Shown: in pieces, positions 30,712 through 51,021 of the stretch | How the letters are laid out: every line of letters starts with the position of its first letter | Position numbering within the stretch: the first letter of the stretch is position 1 | NCBI RefSeq assembly: GCF_009914755.1 | Contig: NC_060929.1 | Length of the DNA stretch: 64,000 nt | Direction: 5' to 3' (one strand) | Source of the DNA: the human T2T-CHM13v2.0 reference genome, Homo sapiens | Position numbers and translations under genes: made by a program | The notes under the pieces: generated by a model | The model's input: only the letters and a program-made list of their open reading frames with translations | The model's database searches: none | What the model was told of the DNA's origin: nothing

Positions 30712-31122
30712 TGATATGGTTTGGATGTTTGTCCCCTCCAAATCTCACACTGAAATGTGATTCCCAGTGTGGGAGCTGAGGCCTGGAGGGAGGTGAGAGG
30801 ATCTTGGGGGTGGATCCCTCAGGAATGGTTCAGCACCATGGTGATGAGTGAGTTCTTGCTCAATTCATGCAAGATCTGATTGTTTAAAAGTCTGGGACCT
30901 TCCACTCCTCCCTCTCTTGCTCTCACCATGTGGTTTGCCTACTCCCCGTTCACCTTCTGCCATGATTGGAAGCTTCCTGAGGCCTCTGCAGAAGCCAAAC
31001 GGATGCCAGCACTATGCTTCTTGTACAGCCTGCAGCACCGTAAGCCAATTAAACCTCACCTCTTCTCATTATAAGTTATCCAGTCTCAGGTATTTTCTTA
31101 CAGCAATGCAAAAACTAATACG
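30712..31122 (+). mobile_element. MST-family (MSTA-like) MaLR solo LTR
   Basis: tgatatggtttggatgtttgtcccctccaaatctca start and ...aactaatac end; 5-bp TSD ccagg/ccagt. Confidence 0.88.
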
Positions 31123-31261
31123 CCAGTTTAAACTGAAATTGAAACTGTTATTTTAAAACATCATGTAGGAAAATTTTAATATAAATGTTAAGAGAAAAAC
31201 TCTCTTTTCATTCTAATAAAACTCCTTAGTATATGTTTATTATTTAAAAGTAATCTGTATC

Positions 31262-33115
<1,854 letters not shown>

Positions 33116-34432
33116 AAATGAAAGCAACTTTATCAAGGCAGACAAAATAAATGAAATGCCTAATTTTCTAGGGTGCAAAGCCAAGGAAGCACCCGGCAAA
33201 GCAAAGGCTGACAGGTCACTGGCGTGCTTTGAGTAATCACCTGTGATAGTATCTGTAAGCAGATGCCTACCTGCTCATCTCACTTGAAAAACACTGTGAA
33301 TTCCAACAGTTTGAAACACAAGGCTACATACTAGGAGTTATGTGCTGGTCAAAAGACAGCCATGACGCTCCCAAACCCACACCTTTGGCCATGAGAAAAG
33401 AGGAATCTTCTCCCTGTTGGACTCACTTTCCTATTAGTGCTGGTTTAAGCCCTTCATGACCTACTTCCCTTTTTTGGACTTCAGCACCTAAATCATGATT
33501 GGTTTACAAATAGGTGAAACAATTCTAACAGTCTGATTACAGCATGAAGGCATTGAGTCCAGTCTGCTGGGTCCAAGAAGGCTTCTTGGAGCCCTAGAAG
33601 CTTACCAGGACTATCAGTGCTGCCCTTGTTAGAACTCTAAGTTATCAAGGCCAACCTCTGGATTTCCTGGCTGTGTTGTCTTCATCCCGACGAAATGCCA
33701 GCAGAACGGCTTCCTCTTGTCTTCTGCCCATCCTCTGAGAACAAGGTCAATTCCTTCCTCCCTCAGGAAACCTCCTTAACCTGCCTAAGCCACAGGATTG
33801 CTCCTGTCCCAGGGATTATCACTGTCATGTATTTACTCAAAGAACTACTTCATATATGCAAATATACTTCATGATTGTGATGTATCTGCCTGGCACCATC
33901 TCTTGGTTGAGGAATGTGCATGACGTGGTGGCCAAACTGTTAACTTTTTATGGCCATCACATCGTGTACATTGTTCATGAAAGAGCATGGTGCCAGGCAA
34001 ATACACCACACACACTAAGTATATTTGAACATTTCTTTATATCCCCCAAAGCCTTAGAATTAGGGGCTTATATCTGATCATCAGTGACTAATTAATTGCC
34101 GTAAGGATTAGGCACTTTCGTATGACAAGAAGGAGGATGAACTCAGGAGTTGAAGATGGAAAAAGTGGTGGAGAAGGCAGTAGAAAGGCAGAGAGAAATA
34201 CACAGAGAAGGACTGTCACTGTAACAAAGGCTAAGACAGAAACACAGGGGGATAGCTACACAAGTCACACAGGTTAATAATACTAACTGATCAAAATGAG
34301 TGGAAAGGGAACTTTAGAATGAAGGTATGTGGAATGCTCCCTGAGCAGCTGTGCAAAAAGGGGGAAAGAAAAAGGTGCTTCACATGCCTTAGTGCCACTT
34401 GGATTCTTTGGACATAACTACATCTAAACTTA

Positions 34433-34740
<308 letters not shown>

Positions 34741-35194
34741 TCAGTTAGCATATATACCATAGTATTTATTTAAGAACGTAAGAATGGTTCCAACCTCAAT
34801 GTTAGAATCGTTTTACAAAGTCTGACTTTTGAGCTTCCGTATGAGTTAAATGCATTTTTTAAAAGCAAATTTAATATCCTTGCATCACATTTAGGTCCCA
34901 TTCAACTATCCTAAATTCATGTTGTGCTCTCAGAATGGTGGTGATAAAAAAAAAAAAAAAAAAGCTAAGCTCCATTTCTAAGCTGTGTCTATCTAGAAAT
35001 TTTCTAAAGTATTCAGTGTTTGGCTTGGTAACCTCTCTTTAACACTAAGGAATAAACCACAGTAAATATTTCTTTCTATTTTATTGAGAATAAAAGGGAA
35101 TCTCCTAAAATTGTTTGTTAACTTTCAAGATGGCAAAGTGCAGATTTTTAAAACTGTACTTTAAGAATAAAACAATGATAATTTTGGACTTTGA

Positions 35195-35500
<306 letters not shown>

Positions 35501-36123
35501 TCACATTTTCATTTTGTGTAAAATTAATAGCTCTGACAATACAGTTTAGTCTGCTTTAAAGTAAGTCTTATGATACCTTCCAATTCCCCAATATAGAATA
35601 TGATGCTTCTTCACAAGTTAAAATGCATTAAGATTTCTACTCCGCCTCCCTCCTCACATCATTCTAAAAGTACAGAACAAAAACCTTTCTCCATAATTAC
35701 TTACTTCCATATGAAGATAAAAGTACACTAAACAGATAAAACACGACATAAACTACTATATCACCTAATTTTTAAACCCCTCAAACACACTTGGAACTTA
35801 AGACTAGTCCCATATGAATGTGTTCTTGGCTGATGCCAAAAATGAAGAATTAAAAGAGAAAAACACAGATCAGGGAAAAACAGGAAGTCCCAACTTTGAA
35901 AAACACTCAATCCACCTTCTATGCAAACCACAAAAAGATTAGACAAACTAAGTATTTGTTGACATTGGCTGTAAATTTTGAAAAGGGAGAGAACATTAAA
36001 ATATATCTGGAGTGAGACTCAAATCACTTATTCACTGGTTCTTTTCTTTTTCTTTCTTTTTGTAAAATGTATTTTAAAGAAACTGCTCCGTGGAAACCTA
36101 AAATTATTTTCATATTCATCCCT

Positions 36124-36625
<502 letters not shown>

Positions 36626-38147
36626 CCACGTAAGCTGGAAATCACGTGGACCATCAGGCTGATATCTGAGTTTCCCCCTACCAGCTGTGTTATCTTAGGC
36701 CCCTTCGGGTGCCTGGAGAGGGATGTGAAGAACCTTAACTCTGGGGTGGGCGCATGAGCTCAGTCTGAAAGAGGTGGCCATGTTGACCCAAACTGCCTGA
36801 GATGTCATGACTCCTCGTTCAGCAGGGAGGTGAGGAACAGCAAAATGAAGAACTGTGGTAGTTGCTTGGTGATTTCCATAAAAAATGCAAAGATCTAGAC
36901 TCAATGAAGTAGTTTCAAAAGCACCTTCTATACCAAGTCTGTCTGCTGCCTACCCAAGCTCCTACGGCTGTAATGAGCCTTTTCTTAGCTTCGTTTTCTT
37001 TTTATACAAATGGTTCCCTTGTTGTAAAAAAAATGCATAAAAATTGGTTTTGAATAAATCAGCCACCCCAAAGTCAGCTTTTGACTTTTGCCTAGTCAAA
37101 AGCTAAGCAAAATCAAGCCCACTTACTACTCAATATTTATCCTCATTGAATTTGACAGCTTTGGAAGGAAAGCACCCAGTGTGTGCAAAGAATGCCAGTT
37201 TTGCATTTTCAAAAGCAGCTTCCAGTGATAGCTCATGAAGTCAAAAGTCTACCCCAGCCTCTCCCTTGGGAGCCCTCCCAACTTTTACCTTCTACTCCAG
37301 CAAACCTCTGCCACGCAGGTGCTACTTGAAGGGGCTCATCCAGCAATTGCTTGGCTAAGAAGGATTTGTTCAGTACCTGTTATGTGCCTGGTACTCTACT
37401 AGGCAAGAACCATGGACCACACACAAGAGGTTTAAAAGCTGGTCCCTGCCTTCAAGGAAGTCATGATGAGAATATGGAACAGGCATAGGACAAAAATGGT
37501 GGCTCTGATTCGATCAGCAAGAGCAAGCTGCCTGTGCTGAAGATGGTGAGGGTCCTGGATCCTTTGGGACGAGGGTGGAGGGCTCTGAGGGGGTACAGGG
37601 AGTGCCAGAGCTCAGCCTGCTCTGGGCTCAAGAGAGGAACAGAGGCTGGCTCAAGGAAGCGTGCATGGAGTGGAGAGAAATTAGGTCAGGTGTCTAGAGT
37701 CGAGTCCCATTATACTGGGCAGGGGAATTGAGATTGGATATGACTGTGATAGGAAAGGCTGCAAGCTTGTGAGTGGAGGATTTATGAAGAACAATCTGGG
37801 AAGAATGTGCATAGTGGACTAGAGTGGCAAAAAACAGAGTCAGGAAACCAACTCTTGCCAGAGTGGCAGGGAAGAGGTGCTTGGTCTGGGACCCAGACTG
37901 GTGATGATGGGACAGGAGGGTGAAAGCCAACATTTATTTGGATGTGAGAACTAAGATCTGTTTCTTGTCTGCTGCCAGTGGCCCTCCTCCCCAGGTGAAT
38001 CTCCCTCACAGTGGGGAATGGACCTCCTTCACCGCTCTATCTAGGCTGATGAACACTGATGAAAGGAAAGAACGATTTGGGGGTTTCTAGCTGAGGAGGC
38101 AGCTGGGTGCTGGTGAACACAGCTAAAACACTACCCAGAACTGACTA

Positions 38148-38570
<423 letters not shown>

Positions 38571-40969
38571 AACAACACTTAGTTACAACAAAGCCTAAAA
38601 TAAAAGAGAGGTGGACACTCTTACCAAAGTTTAAGGAGGGAGGGATGCGTCAGCAGAGCCAGGCTGCCTTGGACTTGGTCTGCTTTGACCCTGACATCTA
38701 AGGGTTCTGGGGCTGGAAAGAGGCCCACAGAGACACTCTGGGCTGCTGAAGACCCAGCGAGGACTCACCTCTGCCACTCAGTCATAGCCAAAGACCTAAC
38801 CCCTAAATGTTCCTCAGCCATGGTGGCTTTGCCCAGTAGCTCTTGGGTATTTCTCTAATTCCCAGGAGCTGTGCCCACGTTAAACTGGCAGTGTGGTGAG
38901 GACTGCAGGGGATCAGAGGCAGTGAGACCACCGGACACCTGGTGGCCAGTTCTCTGGTGGAGCAGCAAGGTAAGTGGTAAGGGGCTGAGTAACGGGAGAT
39001 GAACCAGGGTGAAGAGGCAGAATAAACAGGCAAAGGACAAGCAGCCAGGCCGGGAGTCTTGCAGGAATGGTGGCTGCAAATCTCAATGGTGCTGTTCTCG
39101 CCTTCACTGCTGCAGCTCCTCTTGCCTTGGAGAAACCCAGTCCCAAGTGAGTTTGTCCTGGAAGTTTGCAAGTGACACCTAATGGCCCAGCCAGCTGTGT
39201 GGCCTTGCGGGGGCAGTAAGTGAGGCCCTGGCAGGAGCATTTCTCTGCCTTGTTTGCTCTCTCGTGGGGCAGTAAATCCTCTCCCTCTTCATTTGCTATC
39301 ACTGCATTTCTGTGTGGCTGACTATTGAACAATGAATGGGGCGACCGCCCACTGGGAGAAAAATGTTTTTCTCTAAGTAGAAGAAGTAATGCTATCCACT
39401 GATCCATTCTGGCCTGCAAAGCAAATGTGTTTGCTAAGCCAACACTTATCTGATGGCGAACTTTTGTTGGGATAAACAGAAATATCACTAAGATCTCTTT
39501 ACACTGGTGAGAACCAAACCTCGTAGGACGTAGACAGAGTCAATGCAACTAACTGCATGGCTGTATTCTCCAGGAAGTCCTAACAGCTTTGGGCAATAAG
39601 GCATTGTTGGGAAGTGTACTGGGAAAGCCAGCCTATTCTAGAGCAGCAGAGCCTATTTTCAAAGGACAGTTATTTTAGCCACAGAGAAGACCTGGAAAAA
39701 GCTGAATTTCTCATGCTGGAACTATACCCTGCAGCTTCCTGTGTGCCCAGCACTGACTGTGAATCCATGATGTAACTATAGTGGGGACCACAGAAAGGAG
39801 GCAGGTGAAGTGCAGAGAGGGGCCCTGGCCGTGAACGTGGGCTAAAGACAGCTCGGGGAGCACAGGGAGCATGTGTAAGAGGCTCTGGGGATGTTCCATT
39901 GAATGCCTCTTCTCTCCCTCTCCTATCTTCTTTCGTATCCTAATTATCTAATAGTTGTACTACCACAGAAAATCCTTTTGCTTACTGTTGGATCACAGTC
40001 TTAAGATAAATGTCCCCAGGTTTACTAACTGCTCTAATTTGGAAATGTGCTGTGGTGAAAAGCTGAATCCCAAAGGCAGATCATTTCTTCCAGTACTGTT
40101 CAATTATTTTTCCCACAGAGGTGACAAACTTCAGAAGCAGATGAGAGAGCTTGCTGCAAGTCATATAAGAAGCTTGCTCCTGAACAGATGGGGCCTTGAG
40201 ATTGGTAAACCAACATGTGGAACTGACTAGTTGTTTTGCTTCCTGAATGATGTTAGGGTTGCACTGAGTGCTGCATTGCCCTTTGAAGAAATATATACGG
40301 CATTTGCTGCTGCACAAGGTGAGGCAATGAAAACGGAATTCCGTTGGTGCTTTGGAAGGCATGGTCTTGTGTTTTCCTTTGCTGTACTGTGTATGTTCTG
40401 AGATAATGGAAGTAGGAGGAGGTGGTACACAGAAACAATGTGTGCCTGGCACTACTTGTCTGAGTGACAGAAAAATGCCTGGATGCAAGTCTGGTCCAAC
40501 GTGCATCCACCCACAGCATCTCACTCATCACACATCATTGCAGGCAGCTGCTCTTTTCAGAAGCTGATCCTTCAAGTGTGTGCACAGAAACATTTTCCAT
40601 TTTCTTGGTGGCATGCTAATGGCAAAGCAAAATCCAGTTGCTGACTTGGAGCCATTACCACCAGCCATGAAAAGGTAGTCAGCAAAAAGAGAGTGGAAAA
40701 AATTTATCTTCAACAATGGTGGTAAAATCCAATTGTGACCTACTAAACAATGGTGTTTATTACTTGAACAGTGAACATTTTCTGCATTTGGAAAAAAAAT
40801 AGATGCAGCTTTTATTCTGAACTAGAGAGATCCCTACAATAATACGTTGTGGTTCTTAAACTCATCTTAAGTTAAAATAATCCCCAAATCATGTGCAATT
40901 GATTGATAGGATGTAAAAAACCAAGAAGAAAAAATTCTGGACTCCTTCAGCAAACCTTCACCCTTTTCA

Positions 40970-41320
<351 letters not shown>

Positions 41321-41612
41321 TTATAGCCCAACATATATAAAAGCGAATATCCTAAGATAAGCCCTGAGACCGTGAGGCTGGTTAATTATTCCTTTTGCAA
41401 TGTGACACCTTATTAGTGTCCTGTTTGGAGCCTTTAACAGTTAAAATTATTTTGAACATATTTTCCTTCCCAATTGTCAGACTAGATCTTAGCTGAAAAA
41501 ATTCTTTTCGACGTGATATTTTTACAAAGAAATTTGTATCTGTGCCTTTTGGGTACAGGCATATTCAGACCTTGTTTTATTGAGCTTCATTTTCTTGTGC
41601 ATTGCAAATGTG

Positions 41613-43933
<2,321 letters not shown>

Positions 43934-46161
43934 TTTTTTTTTTTTAATTAACAAATTGAAGGTTTGTGGCAACCCTGTGTCAAGCAAGTCTATTGGCACC
44001 ATTTTTTCCAAAAGCACATGCTCACTCTCTGTCTCTTTGTGTCACATTTTGGTAACTCTCGCAATATTTCAAACTTTTTCATTATTATTATATCTGATAT
44101 GGTGATGTGTGATAGGTGATCTTTAATGTGACTATTTTAATTGTTTTGGGACACCACAAACTGCACCCATATTAGATGGCAAACTTAATAAATGTGTGTG
44201 TCCTGACTGCTCTATCCACTGGTCTTTCCCTTCTCCCTTGCCTCCAGGCCTCCCTGTTACCTGAAACAAAACAATACTGAAATTGGGCCAATTAATAACC
44301 CTACAATGGCCTCTAACTATTCAAGTGAAAGGAACAGTCACACCTCTCTCTTGGTAAATCAACAGCATTGCTTAGTGAGGAAGGCTTGCTACCAGCTCAG
44401 GCCAAGAAAGCTAGGCTTCCTCTATCAGTTAGCCAAGTTGTGCATGTAGAGGGAAAGTTCTTAAAGGAAATTAAAAAATGTTACTTGAGTGGATACAAGA
44501 ATAATAAGAAAGTGCAACAGCCTTATTGCTGATACGGAGAAAGTTTGAGTGGTCTGGAAAGAAGATCAAACCACCCACAACATTCCCTTAAGCAAAAGCC
44601 TAATCCAGGGCAAGGCTCTCACTCTTGAATTCCATGAATGCTGGGAGAGGTAAGGAAGTTGCAGAAGAAAAGCTGGAAGCTAACAGAGGTTGGTTCATGG
44701 GGTTTCAGGAAAGAATCTGTCTCCAAAATACAAAAGTACAAGGTAAAGCAGCAAGTGCTTATGTAGGAGCTGCAGCAACTTATCCAGAAGATCTAGCTAA
44801 GATCACTAATGAAGGTGGCTACATTATACAACAGATTTTCAAGGTAGACAAAACAGTCTTTTATTGGAAGAAGGTGTCATCTAGGACTTTCACAGCTAGA
44901 AAAGAGAGGTAAATGTCTGGCTTCAAAGTTGCAAAGGACAGGCTGATTCTCTTGTTAGGGGCTAATGCAGGTGGCGAACTTAAGCTGACGCCAATGCTCA
45001 TTTACCATTCAGAAAGTCCTCAGGTCCTTAAGAATTATGCTGAGTTTACTCTGCCTGTGTTACAGCAAAGCCCGGATGACAGCACATCTGTATACAGCAT
45101 GGCTTACTGAAAATATTTTAATCCCACTGCTGAGACCTACTGCTCAGAAAAAAGATTTCTTTCAAATATTACTGCTCATTGACAATGCACCTGGTCACCG
45201 AAGAGCTCTGATGGAGAGGTACGAGGAGATTTATGTTGTTTTCATGACTGCTAACACAACATCCATTCTGCGGTCCACGGATCAAGGAGTAATTTCTACT
45301 TTCAAGTCTTACTATTTAAGAAATACATTTCATAAGGCTATAGCTGTCATAGACAGTGATTCCACTGATGGATCTGGGCAAAGGATAGTGAAAACCTTCT
45401 GGAAAGAAGTCACCATTCTAGATGCCATTAAGAGAACATTCCTGACTCATGGGAGGAGGTAAAACTATCCACATTAACAGTCGTTTGGAAGAAGTTGATT
45501 TCAACCCTCATGGATGACTTTGAGGGGTTCAAGACCTTAGTGGGGAAGGTAACTGCAGATGTGGTAGAAATAGCAAGAGAACTAGAGTTAGAAGTAGAGC
45601 ATGAAGACAGGACTGAATTGCTGTAATCTCATGATCAAACTTCAATAGATGAGGAGCTGCTTCTTATGGATAAGCAAATAAAGTGTTTGAGATGAAATCT
45701 ATACCTGGTGAAGATGCTGTGAACATTGTTGAAGTGACAACAAATGACTTAGAATATTACATAAGCTTAGTGGATAAAGCAAAAGCAGAGTTTGAGAGGA
45801 TTGATTTCAGTTTTGAAAGAAGTTCTACTGTGAGTAAAATGCTATCAAACAGCATTTCATGCTACAGACAAATCTTTCATGAAAGGAAGAGTCAACTGAT
45901 GTGGCAAACTTCATTCCTGTCTTATTTTAAGAAATTGCTACAACCTGCCCAACCTTCAGGAACCACCACCCTGATCAGCCAGCAGCCATCAATACAGAAG
46001 CAAGATCCTGTATCCACAAAATGATTACAACTCTTTGAAAGCTCAGATGATCGTTAGCATTTTTTAGCAATGGAGTATCTTTTAATTAAGGTATATACAC
46101 TGTTTTTTAAGTCATAATACATTGCACACTTAATTGACTATAGTATAGAGCAAATATAACA

Positions 46162-46468
46162 TTTTTTTTCTTTTTTTTTTTTTTTTTGAGACAGGGTCTT
46201 GCTCCTTTGCCCAGGTTGGAGTACAGTGATGTGAACATGGCTCACTGCAGCCTTGACCTCCTGGGCTCAAGCAATCCTCCCACCTCAGCCTCGGGTAGCT
46301 GGGACCACAGACATGCTACCACCATACCTGGCTAGTTATTTTATTTTTTGTAAAGATGAGGTCTTGGCATGATGCCCAGGCTGATCTCAAACTCCTGGGC
46401 TCAAGCAATCCTCCTGCCTCAGCCTCCCAAAGGGGTAGGCTTATAGGTGTGAGCTACCACACCCAGCC
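46162..46468 (-). mobile_element. AluJ inserted in the Tigger1 3' end
   Basis: Reverse Alu, TSD caaatataac/caaacgtaac. Confidence 0.92.
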
Positions 46469-47639
46469 CAAACGTAACTTTTATATGCATTGGAAAACCA
46501 AAAAGTGTGTGTCACTTGCTTTCATGTGGAATTTGCTTCATTGTGGTGGTCTGGAACCGAAGCCGCAATAGCTCCAAGGGATGCCTATATAATTTGATGT
46601 ACATATCTTGGAAGATTTAACAGAATTATTGGATCAAAAGGTTTCTTACCTGATTGTTTTAGTTGTCTCTTATCTTTACATAGAACCCTATTAGATGCCT
46701 TCTTGATCTTTAAGTCCTTAAATTCCCTATGACCTCCCTAAAAACAAATCCCACTGCTTCCAATCCTTTCCCAGTGCCTATCCTGATGATTACCAACACT
46801 CATTCTAAAACAGTGTAGGTTTGGAAATGGACAAGCTAATGCTATGTTACTGAAAGTATACTCTAAGGAACACTATTTCTTCCAGATGTTAATAGGTGCT
46901 GTGTATAAAAAACTCTTTATATTGAAATGACTCTAGAAAACAAAATTAAACTCTTTCTCTTTTTTAGCTATAGAATTTCTCAAAGACTTTGTCAATGTAT
47001 GCTAAAAATCTCCAAAGGGACAGTGGCATTACAGAACTTAACAAATGTTTTTGCCTACAGAACCTTGCTTTTGAGGTTCATGTTACAAAGTCCTCCATAG
47101 GACATTTTGAGAAATGCTGCCATGACATCACCTCTACTGTGACATGAAGCGGGGTGTGGGTAAGTGGATCCAACAGGAAAACAAGAAAACAGAATGTCTG
47201 TGTAGTCCTTGAAAGCTCAGCTCTTGACTTTCACCTGTCTTCTCATTCTACATATTCCCTAAGACATCAGTGTGTCATGAAAACAATTTAGAACATTACA
47301 ACCAACAATTTTTATAAACAGAATAGAAAAATGCCATCATGCATGCAGTGGGGATACATCTGTTGTAGGAGTGTGTGTGCACTAACATGTCTGTAGACTG
47401 GGCTGCAGGACAGGATGCATTTCCTACTGTGCATTGCTGGCAGCCGTTTCCTCTGGAGATCTCTCATCTACTCCTGCAGTTTCAATTCCTTTCTTCCTGT
47501 CGACAGTGCCAACACCGGGTCAATGTTCCTACCTGAGACTTCTCTCCTTGGCCTGAAATAGGCAAAGTCAACTGCCCACCAGCTAGTGCTTGTTGGGTGG
47601 CTGGCAGGTGCTTCAATCTCAGTGCGTTCAGAAATGAAT

Positions 47640-48360
47640 TCATCATTTAGTCCCTGACACTCCACAAGGCTGTTCCTTCAATGCTCCATTTCTTAATGGC
47701 TCTTCTCACCGAGACTTGGCATTATCTCTGATGCTTCTCTCTCCCCTATTCCTCCATTTTCAATCAATCACCTTGTCCAGTTGATTCTGTCTCCTATGTA
47801 TCAATTATATCCATCTATCACTTCCCAGACCCACCACCTAGTGCAGACCAGTATTACTTCTCATGGAGTTTGCTGAATCCCTATTACTACTTGATCTCTC
47901 TTGACCTTATCGTTGTCCCCTCGAGTCCATTTTGCTTCACAGATGGAGGGACCTCTGAAGATGCGGCTCTGACCCTGTCTCTCCTCCACAGCTTCCCATC
48001 ACCCCTTGGCCAAATCCCTGTCTCCTTAGTTTTTCTTCTAAGGCCCTCCATGGTCTGGTCCCTCACCTCCTCTTCTCCATTCTAGATTCCAGACACAAGG
48101 CGTCTCCTTGAGAGCTACAGATTCTTCCCTCCCCCTCAGCCATCCCATTCTCCCTCCCACCTGCCTCCCCCTGGCTGCTCCTACACATCCCTCGTCTCAA
48201 TGTCAGCTCCTCTGAAGCCTTTCTCTGATCCCTGGGCTGGGTTAGCTCCCCACCCCCGTTCCTTCTCCCATAGCATGTAAGCTGCCCATCATGATCCAAT
48301 CATGGCTTACTGAATTACTTGGCACAGAGTAAGTGCTCAATAAAGACTTGTTGAATGGGA
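47640..48360 (+). mobile_element. L2 remnant
   Basis: caatcaatcacc, tctgaagccttttctctga and ggcacagagtaagtgctcaataaa 3' end. Confidence 0.6.
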
Positions 48361-48705
48361 GCATGACTCTCACCCATCTTCAAGCAGGGATGTTAAATTA
48401 ACCAACTTGTTGGCTCTGGAACCAACTTGCAGAGTGATGTCTGATAAATACTGTAATCCTCTAGCTTGGCATCTTCCATACCGTGAATTGCTATCCACAG
48501 TGGGTCATGAAATCAGTTTGATAGGTCACATCCAGCATGTAAGTATATTTTAGTTGTTTAAATGTTGGTGTGTGCATACTGGGCTGCAATGAAAGAACTA
48601 TTACTGTGTCAGGTGGTGGAAAAGTTTGAAAGCCCCTCCTGCAAATCTGTTTCCTTAGATATGGGCTGAAGGCCATGGACTTCTCTAAAGGTCTTTTAGT
48701 CTCTC

Positions 48706-49031
<326 letters not shown>

Positions 49032-49326
49032 TAATTTTTATTTTCCTCTTTTGCCTTACATTTTTACATTTTACACTTCTTCTTCTTCTATACTCCCTTG
49101 ATCTTAGTAAAATCAAGGTCTCAGTTCACTCCGTGATCTTGGCGATATGCAGATCTAGCCCCTCTCCAGCCAAGTGCTCTTTCCTGAGCTCCTCACATGA
49201 CATCTCTCATTCTACATGTCTAAAACCAACAACAGCAACCATAACTATCATGTGTTACTGGCAAGGAATGTGGGAACAGCTTTATCATTTGGTCCTGTGA
49301 TCACCTTACATAGCAAATTCTATTAG

Positions 49327-49788
<462 letters not shown>

Positions 49789-50426
49789 TAATGGGTCACT
49801 TGTGTCCCTCAGTTGACAACTGAAAGTTCCAGGTATGCAGGCATCCTCTTTCCTTTGTGCTCCCTGCACCCAGAACAATTCTAGGCCCCAAATAAGTAGT
49901 GTTGAACGGCAGAATGAATGAATGACTGTGTCAAAGTCCATGACTGATTGGCAGGTAATAGGCTGGGAGAGTCTGTGTCTACTTTACGCTTACTTTGTTT
50001 CTTCTGTAAAAATAATGTGATTGTCAGTGATGGACTGAAAACTGTTGTTGGAGTCTCACAGGGGTTGAAAATAGAATAAAATGTTGTGAAACCCCTGCTG
50101 ACTTCTCTAATTAAGGTATACTCTTGCTAGGTTTACACCTAGAGTTGAGGAAATGGATACTTTCTATGTTTTTTGAACAGAGAAATAAAGACTCTATCAG
50201 CGCTCACTGGCATTTCAAACAGGGTGAGACTGGATGGGGAATCCCCAGGCATAGGATTTGGTTCTTTCTCTGGCACATCTGGCTTTGGGATATTAGAGTA
50301 ATCACTGGGACGTCTTGTGTGAGTCTGATGGCCTCTAAGGTCCTCCAACGACGTGATTCTCAATGTATTTGTATGGCAGCTTGAGGTAGCTAGAGATGAC
50401 CAAGGTTTGACTCTACCTTTTCTTGC

Positions 50427-51021
50427 TGTGACGGTTAATACTGAGTGTCAACTTAATTGGATTGAAGGATACAAAGTACTGATTTTTGATGTGTCTGCGA
50501 GGGTGTTGCTGAAAGAGATGAACATTTGAGTCAGTGGGCTGGGGAAGGCAGACCCACCCTTAATCTGGTGGGCACAATCTAATCAGCTGCCAGCGAATAT
50601 AAAGCAGGCAGAAAAATATGAAAAGGAGAGACTGGCCTAGCCTCCCAGCCTACATCTTTCTCCCATGCTGGATGCTTCCTGCCCTCGAACATCAGACTCC
50701 AAGTTCTTCAGTTTTGGGACTCGGACTGGCTCTCCTTGCTCCTCAGCTGGCAGATGGCCTATTGCAGAACTTTGTGATCGTGTAAGTTAATACTTAATAA
50801 ACTCCCCTATATATATGTGTGTATGTGTATATATACGTGTGTGTGTGTGTGTGTATCCTATAAACATATATATGTGTGTGTGTATATATATATGTACACA
50901 CACATATATATGTTTATAGGATACACACACACACACACACACACACGTATATATACACATACACACATATATATATCTCTCCTATCAGTTCTGTCCCTCT
51001 AAGAGAAACCTGACTAATACA
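50427..51021 (+). mobile_element. MLT2A-type (probably MLT2A2) HERV-L solo LTR
   Basis: TG...CA termini, perfect 5-bp TSD CTTGC (50422-50426 and 51022-51026), tgtgacggttaatactgagtgtcaac start, TATA-like 50596-50603, AATAAA ~50796. Confidence 0.9.
50808..50976. repeat. Compound (TA/TG/CA)n microsatellite forming a long inverted repeat
   Basis: The arms are reverse complements, including the non-repetitive ATCCTATAAACAT / ATGTTTATAGGAT. Confidence 0.92.

Noticed and set aside
38803-39488. 145- and 191-aa minus-strand ORFs
   Set aside because: No recognisable homology or clear splice structure; consistent with chance ORFs in GC-richer intron.
50808-50976. Palindrome as a miRNA gene
   Set aside because: Low-complexity stem with no expression evidence; kept only as a structural finding.
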